DNA of 17,896 nucleotides from Candidatus Uhrbacteria bacterium. Its GTDB lineage: Bacteria > Patescibacteriota > Patescibacteriia > JACPHY01. Made by a program: the position numbers and the translations under genes. Below the pieces are notes generated by a model. That model saw only the letters and a list, made by a program, of their open reading frames with translations. It was not told where the DNA came from and did not search any database. Shown piece after piece: positions 12,902 through 17,896 of the stretch. Within the stretch, counting starts at the first letter, position 1. Every line of letters starts with the position of its first letter. The stretch spans positions 1 to 17,896 of the forward strand of contig JACPHY010000010.1 of the NCBI GenBank assembly GCA_016188355.1, written 5' to 3'.

Positions 12902-13996
12902 ATGCTACGGTTTCCCGATATGTTCTCCAGGAATACCACACGCCGCACAACCTCGCGAATCCCGCTTCCGACCGATGCGGTGGTTGCGGTGACGTATCTC
13001 TGTAATTCGCGGTGCACCATGTGTGACTTTTGGAAGGAGACGCGGCAGCCGACGATGACGGTCGAGGACTATCGCAAGCTCCCTCCAACACTCCGCGATA
13101 TCAATGTGAGTGGCGGTGAGCCGTTTCTCCATCCCCAGATCGTTGCGATCGTACGCGCACTCCACGAAACCTGCCCGAAGGCGCGCATCACGATTTCAAC
13201 GAATGGGTTTTTGACCGATCTCATCTGCAAGCGCACGCGCGATATCCTCGAATTTCTTCCGGACATCGGCATCCGCATTTCCATTGATGGCGTAGGGGAC
13301 ATGCACGAGCGCATCCGCCGGATCCCGCAGGCGCTCCAGAAAGATCTCGCCACCCTCCGCGGGCTCCGTGCGATCGGCGTGCGGGATATCGGATTTGGAT
13401 ACACGATGACGGAGGAAAATGTAGAGCACTGCACGAAGGTCTACGCGCTCGCGCAACAGGAGCGTGTGGATTGCACCTGGGCAGTGGCGCAGAGCTCGGA
13501 TTTTTATTTTGGCGGTAAGCAAATTGAACGCCGCGTGGATCCGGCGGTCGTTGCCCGAGAATTTGATGTGCTCATGGAAGCGGAGCTTCGGCGATGGCGA
13601 CCGAAGTCGTGGGTGCGCGCGTATTTCGCCTATGGATTGCGGCGACTGGCGCTCGACGGCGTGCAGGTGCTGCCATCGCGAGCGGGAACGGACTTCTTCT
13701 TTTTGGATCCATTTGGCAACGTATATCCTTCGGTCGTGCATCCATCAGTCATGGGTAATTGTGCCGCGGCGACATCGTTTTCGGATCTCTGGACGAGCAC
13801 AGCGGCAGCGCATGCGCGGCGCGTGGTGGCGGCGTGGGACCGCCCCTATTGGATGGTCTGCACGGCGCGTACCGCCATTCGACGCAATCTGCCGCGTGTC
13901 GCGCGATGGGTGCTGGTGCAGCAGTTGCGTCTTTTGCCGCAGCGGCTCACGGGGCATCGTTCTCTGTCGGTACCGACGGCAGCAGCTACTCCATGA
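12902..13996 (+). CDS. Radical SAM domain protein.
   Basis: ...AVVAVTYLCNSRCTMCDFWK... carries the CxxxCxxC [4Fe-4S] motif. ...DINVSGGEPFLHPQ... is the glycine-rich SAM-binding motif. ...ITISTNGFL... and ...IRISIDG... are also present. The start is uncertain. I chose the ATG at 12902 (MLRFPDMF), the first ATG after the upstream stop, but it has no clear SD. The track ORF begins at 12641, overlapping the previous gene. No full SPASM Cys cluster is present. Confidence 0.8.
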   Translation: MLRFPDMFSRNTTRRTTSRIPLPTDAVVAVTYLCNSRCTMCDFWKETRQPTMTVEDYRKLPPTLRDINVSGGEPFLHPQIVAIVRALHETCPKARITISTNGFLTDLICKRTRDILEFLPDIGIRISIDGVGDMHERIRRIPQALQKDLATLRGLRAIGVRDIGFGYTMTEENVEHCTKVYALAQQERVDCTWAVAQSSDFYFGGKQIERRVDPAVVAREFDVLMEAELRRWRPKSWVRAYFAYGLRRLALDGVQVLPSRAGTDFFFLDPFGNVYPSVVHPSVMGNCAAATSFSDLWTSTAAAHARRVVAAWDRPYWMVCTARTAIRRNLPRVARWVLVQQLRLLPQRLTGHRSLSVPTAAATP

Positions 13997-15414
13997 CGCG
14001 TCATCCAAAAATTACGACAGCGATCATGGCGATTGCTCCGGCCCTCCTCGCGGGGGTAGCGGCTGCATTGGTTCCTGCCATTCCCGTATTCGTCGGATGG
14101 GGGATTGTGGTGGCATTCGCGTTGCTCTGCTGGCGCCCCATGATTGGCATGGTGCTCATAGTGCTCACGTATCCATTCCTCGCATATGAGATTCCCGTGG
14201 GACCGCTCCACATCCCCCCGGTCGATTTGGTGGCGCTGGCGACCGCGGTGGCGGTGAGCGTCCGTTTTGTATGGAGCTGGTCGCGGACTGGTATTCGTCC
14301 AATGGTCGAGTTGCCTCCGGGCGCACTGGCCTTCGGCATGCTCACTGTGGTGGGCATGTTGTCGTTGGTGCATACGGATAATTTTTTCGGCAGCGCAAAA
14401 TTCCTCGCGCGGCCGATCATGTTCGGATATCTCATGTTCCTGGTGTTGCCACTGCACCTTTTGGATGCTCCGCAGCGTCTCTTCCGAGTATTCCGTGCGA
14501 TGGGGGTGATTGGGGTGGTGGCTGCGGCGATGGGAACGTGGTCCCTCGTGCTCCCCGTGGAACCCGGCGCCCTGCGCCGCGCGGTCCCCGTGGCGATTGC
14601 GGGTATTGCGCCGCTGGGGACGAACCATAACCTTCTTGCGGAAGTACTGGTGAGCGTAGCCCCCGTGGGAATTGCGCTCGCGACGTTGGCCTCCGGAACG
14701 ATGCGGCGATGGATGTGGGCCGGCACGGCGTGGTGCGTGGTGATTGCGCTGGCAACGTTTTCGCGGAATGCATGGCTGGCGCTGGCCGTGGAAGGCGTGG
14801 TGCTGCTCGCCGCATATGCGCACGCGCATGGCATCGCGTGGCGCCGCGTCCTCGGTGGCATGGGCGTGCTCGTGCTCATGGCAACCATGGCGGTCGGCGT
14901 GCTTTCGGCGACGGGTGTGGCGCAGAGTTCGAATCGTAATCGGTTGCAGTTGATGACGATCGCGTTCGAGCAATTCCGAGCGCATCCATGGATTGGTGGC
15001 GGCACGGGTACGTTCCTGGATGCGGTTCGGCGTGATCGGTGGTACATGGCGGATTTTGGGCGACCACTGGATGCGCATGGATTCGTACCGAAGTTGCTCG
15101 CAGAAACCGGCATGCTGGGGCTCGCGGCGTACAGTGGACTGCTCGGCGCGGTGCTGTATACGATCGCGCGTGCCTCGCTCCGCGTGGTGCATGCACCGCG
15201 CTGGCGTCTGATGGTGCTCGCGTTGCTCGCGAGTGCGGTGGGGAGCGTCGCGTTCCAGTTATTCAATACGTCGTATTTTGTCGCGAAGCTCTGGCTCCCC
15301 CTAGGCATTGCCGTGGCGACGGCGCGACTCGCGCAGCGGAGTGCGGGGCCTATGCCGTCACGATCATCCGAGCGGATCGAGCATCCTCATTTGCTGCGGC
15401 AATTGCTATCATAA
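13993..15414 (+). CDS. O-antigen ligase/polymerase-like (Wzy/WaaL-type) polytopic membrane protein.
   Basis: The ATG at 13993 overlaps the rSAM TGA as ATGA. The protein is 473 aa and highly hydrophobic, with at least 10 predicted TM segments, e.g. AIMAIAPALLAGVAAALVPAIPVFVGWGIVVAFALL and ...FSRNAWLALAVEGVVLLAAYA.... It has a large periplasmic-loop region. The antisense ORFs 13846..15192 and 14001..15308 are shadows. Confidence 0.75.
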   Translation: MTRHPKITTAIMAIAPALLAGVAAALVPAIPVFVGWGIVVAFALLCWRPMIGMVLIVLTYPFLAYEIPVGPLHIPPVDLVALATAVAVSVRFVWSWSRTGIRPMVELPPGALAFGMLTVVGMLSLVHTDNFFGSAKFLARPIMFGYLMFLVLPLHLLDAPQRLFRVFRAMGVIGVVAAAMGTWSLVLPVEPGALRRAVPVAIAGIAPLGTNHNLLAEVLVSVAPVGIALATLASGTMRRWMWAGTAWCVVIALATFSRNAWLALAVEGVVLLAAYAHAHGIAWRRVLGGMGVLVLMATMAVGVLSATGVAQSSNRNRLQLMTIAFEQFRAHPWIGGGTGTFLDAVRRDRWYMADFGRPLDAHGFVPKLLAETGMLGLAAYSGLLGAVLYTIARASLRVVHAPRWRLMVLALLASAVGSVAFQLFNTSYFVAKLWLPLGIAVATARLAQRSAGPMPSRSSERIEHPHLLRQLLS

Positions 15415-15418
15415 CCAC

Positions 15419-16507
15419 ATGCTCCGCGTGACGTTCATCGGTACGTCCTTTGCGATTGGTGGCGCCGAACAGCTCCAACTTGAGCTGGCACGGCGGTTAC
15501 CCCGCGATCGTTTTTCCGTGGAGGTGGTGGCGGTAGTGCGGGGAGGGCCGCTGGAGGAGGAGTTTCGTGCGCTCGGCATCCCGACCACAGTCATCGGGAA
15601 GACGACCAAGTGGGGATGGAGTACGATCGAGCAGTTGCGCGCGCACCTGGTGGCGCAGCAGCCGGATGTCGTCCACACCCATCTCTTTGGTGGAGATACA
15701 TGGGGACGCGTTGCGGCGATTCGCGCGGGGGTGCGGTGCATCGTTTCGACAGAGCACAATATTAACGTGGATGAGGGAATCGGGAAGCGGTTCGTGAAGC
15801 GGGTGCTTGCCCGGTACACCACACGCATTGTTGCGGTTTCCGATGCGGTGCGGGTGGCGAGTATGCGTCGCGACGGCATTCCGTCGCGGCTGCTGACCGT
15901 GATACCTAATGGCGTGGATACGGAACAGTTTCGGCCTGCGCCCGCGTCCGCGCATGCGACCGTGCAATTGCTCACAGTGGGGCGACTTGTCCCACAAAAG
16001 GGTCACGACGTACTGATGGATGCGATGGCGATCCTTCGGGATGAGCTGCCGCACGTGGTGCTGGATGTGGTGGGTGATGGTCCGCGTCGCGCAGCACTCG
16101 AATCGCATGTGCGCGCATATGGATTGGCGGAGCGCGTGCGTTTTTTGGGCATGCGCCGCGATTTGCCGGACCAATATCATCGAGCGGATATTGCCGTATT
16201 CCCATCGCGTTGGGAAGGATTTGGTATTGCAGCGGCAGAGGCGATGTCCTGTGGTATTCCCGTCATTGCGACGCGCGTGGATGGGCTTGCCGAGGTGGTG
16301 GTTCCGGACGTGACTGGATTGCTTGTTCCTGCAAATGATCCGGTGGCGCTCGCACAAGCGATTCGTGCGCTTGCGCAGGATCGCGCACGTCGACTGTTGT
16401 TGGGTGCCGCCGGACGTCGTCGTGTGCTCGAGTGTTTTGATATTCGCAATGTCGTACGTCGGTACGGGGAGTTCTATGAAGCAGCTGCGCGTGCTCCTCG
16501 TCAATAA
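15419..16507 (+). CDS. GT4-family (GT-B) glycosyltransferase.
   Basis: MLRVTFIGTSFAIGGAEQ... and ...FPSRWEGFGIAAAEAMSCGIPVIATRVDGLAEVV... carry the EX7E-type GT4 signature. The start lies 4 nt after the upstream stop. ORF 15497..16825(-) is a shadow. Confidence 0.85.
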   Translation: MLRVTFIGTSFAIGGAEQLQLELARRLPRDRFSVEVVAVVRGGPLEEEFRALGIPTTVIGKTTKWGWSTIEQLRAHLVAQQPDVVHTHLFGGDTWGRVAAIRAGVRCIVSTEHNINVDEGIGKRFVKRVLARYTTRIVAVSDAVRVASMRRDGIPSRLLTVIPNGVDTEQFRPAPASAHATVQLLTVGRLVPQKGHDVLMDAMAILRDELPHVVLDVVGDGPRRAALESHVRAYGLAERVRFLGMRRDLPDQYHRADIAVFPSRWEGFGIAAAEAMSCGIPVIATRVDGLAEVVVPDVTGLLVPANDPVALAQAIRALAQDRARRLLLGAAGRRRVLECFDIRNVVRRYGEFYEAAARAPRQ

Positions 16508-17765
16508 ATTTTGGTACCCCAAAGGAGGATCGGAGCGGTACACCCTACTGCTGCGGGACATACTCCGTGCGCAGGGGCACGAGGTGGTCCCGTTTGCGAT
16601 GACCGATCCGAAAAATCTTCCCACGCAATGGGCGGAATATTTTGCGCCGTCGGTGGATTGGGGGGATGGGAGTGCTCGGGCATCCTCGCCATCGCACGCA
16701 TGGACGAGTTTGACACGTGTGCTCTGGAACCGCGCCGCCGCCGCTGCATTGGATCGACTCCTGCAGCGGGTGCGTCCGGATGTTGCCCATCTACAGAATT
16801 TTGCGCACCAACTCTCCCCCTCCATTCTTCCCGTGCTCGCGCGGCACGGGGTTCCGATTGTTTGGACCTTGCACGACTACAAGTTGCTCTGCCCGAACTA
16901 TCGTCTGTACACCCAGGGCGCTCCGTGTGAACGGTGTCAGGGGCATTCGTATTGGAATGCGGTGCGGTACAACTGCATGGGGCGGCGTAGTGCGAGTGTG
17001 GCGGTCGCGGCGGAAATGTACCTCCATCATGCGTTGACGAATGTGTATGGGAAGCACATCGCTGCGGTGATTGCGCCGAGCGCATTCCTCGCGGATCGGC
17101 TCCAGGAGTGGGGATGGCGAGGGCGAATCGAGGTGGTGCCGAATTGCATTGAATCACTTCCTGTACCGGACAGAGTAATCTCGGCGCGTGATCGGGTTGG
17201 TGTGTTGTTTGTGGGTCGATTGGTGGAGGAGAAAGGGGTAGGGGATTTCCTGGAAGCGGTGCGGCGACTGCCGGAGATTCCGTTTGTGGTGATCGGGGAT
17301 GGTTCGCTCGGCGCAGAGATGCGGAAGGCGGTCGCGACCTGCGTGAACCTCACGTGGCACGGTGCACAATCTCCCGATCAGATGCGCGCACACTACGAGC
17401 GTGCTCGGGTGCTCGTCGTACCGTCGCGATGGTATGAGAATGCACCATACGTGGTCCTCGAAGCGATGCGGGCGGGGACTCCGGTGATCGCGACGCGCAT
17501 GGGGGGACTTCCGGAGCTCGTTCACGATGGCGAAACGGGCGTACTGGTACCGCCGCGGAATCCGGTTGCGCTCGCGCATGCTATTGCGGCGCTCGTCGCC
17601 GATGAGGGGCGCTGCTCCGTATTGGGGGAGCGAGCGCAGCAGCGGGCACGCGCACCATACGACCCTGCATCGCACTACGCACGGATACGCGCGCTCTATC
17701 GGGAGGTGTCGGTCCGCCCCACCATTACAGCAGAGGTACGCGCAGGGAGCGGAGTGGGCTTATAA
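16476..17765 (+). CDS. GT4-family glycosyltransferase with an internal Cys cluster.
   Basis: MKQLRVLLVNKFWYPKGGSERY... and ...VPSRWYENAPYVVLEAMRAGTPVIATRMGGLPELV.... GGGAG lies 4 nt upstream of the ATG. The gene overlaps the previous GT by 32 nt. The Cys cluster is CPNYRLYTQGAPCERCQGHSYWNAVRYNC. Confidence 0.85.
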   Translation: MKQLRVLLVNKFWYPKGGSERYTLLLRDILRAQGHEVVPFAMTDPKNLPTQWAEYFAPSVDWGDGSARASSPSHAWTSLTRVLWNRAAAAALDRLLQRVRPDVAHLQNFAHQLSPSILPVLARHGVPIVWTLHDYKLLCPNYRLYTQGAPCERCQGHSYWNAVRYNCMGRRSASVAVAAEMYLHHALTNVYGKHIAAVIAPSAFLADRLQEWGWRGRIEVVPNCIESLPVPDRVISARDRVGVLFVGRLVEEKGVGDFLEAVRRLPEIPFVVIGDGSLGAEMRKAVATCVNLTWHGAQSPDQMRAHYERARVLVVPSRWYENAPYVVLEAMRAGTPVIATRMGGLPELVHDGETGVLVPPRNPVALAHAIAALVADEGRCSVLGERAQQRARAPYDPASHYARIRALYREVSVRPTITAEVRAGSGVGL

Positions 17766-17777
17766 AACGAAGTTGGA

Positions 17778-17819
17778 ACAGCGGTAAGGTGAAAGTGAAG
17801 ATCAATCACTCACCGCTGT
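17778..17819 (+). terminator. Imperfect hairpin after the last glycosyltransferase gene; a possible terminator.
   Basis: acagcggt...accgctgt forms 8 bp, with inner gtga/tcac pairs. No strong T-tract follows. Confidence 0.25.
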
Positions 17820-17896
17820 CCCTATGTCGATTGTAGGATCGGTCCCGTCTCCTGCGAAGCTCCGCATCCTCTTCCGTCGCTGCACCTTCGGTCCCC

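Noticed and set aside
13846-15308. Long minus-strand ORFs (448 aa and 435 aa) antisense to the membrane-protein gene.
   Set aside because: Extremely rich in R/H/P/T with no hydrophobic core. They are typical GC-rich antisense shadows.
17826-17896. Start of a possible plus-strand gene (MSIVGSVPSPAKLRILFRRCTFGP...) running off the right edge.
   Set aside because: It is only 23 codons with no stop in the window, no clear SD and no motif. It cannot be supported from this window alone.
1-17896. CRISPR arrays, tRNA or rRNA genes, transposases or integrases.
   Set aside because: I saw no short regularly spaced repeat arrays and no cloverleaf-like or tRNA-sized structured segments in the intergenic regions. 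No ORF has transposase or recombinase motifs.

Overview
This is a high-GC (~62%) bacterial segment. In a genome this GC-rich every reading frame stays open, so many 'shadow' ORFs in the six-frame track were discounted. Calls rest on recognisable protein motifs, ribosome-binding sites (RBS) and translational coupling (overlapping stop/start codons). Coordinates of CDS ends come from the ORF track. Coordinates of short motifs come from manual counting and may be off by about 1 nt.

The left half (2918-11401) is a co-directional minus-strand array of seven genes, listed here in transcription order:
- A major-vault-protein (MVP) homologue, which is very unusual for a bacterium.
- An MTA/SAH nucleosidase (Pfs/MtnN).
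- A four-gene module with tight or overlapping junctions (a 4-nt gap and two ATGA stop/start overlaps): a protein with three tandem zinc-ribbon modules, a MoxR-like AAA+ ATPase, a small 175-aa protein with a disordered N-terminal tail, and a fused HExxH-metallopeptidase/von Willebrand A (VWA) protein of the DUF2201 type.
- SAM synthetase (MetK).

Further left lie a monocistronic hypothetical gene (418 aa, Trp-rich) with a long structured leader, and a truncated Rel/SpoT (p)ppGpp synthetase/hydrolase gene.

The right half is a plus-strand glycan-type cluster:
- An SLOG/LOG-like Rossmann-fold protein (tentative).
- A radical-SAM enzyme, ATGA-coupled to the next gene.
- An O-antigen-ligase/polymerase-like polytopic membrane protein.
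- Two GT4 glycosyltransferases.

No tRNA, rRNA, CRISPR array, transposase or integrase was seen.

Several noncoding elements stand out:
- A 520-bp island (2395-2917) with two 16-bp direct repeats, a perfect TATAAT on the minus strand and a bidirectional terminator hairpin.
- Tandem perfect 11-bp and 15-bp hairpins in the divergent MVP/SLOG intergenic region.
- Two hairpins in the metK leader.
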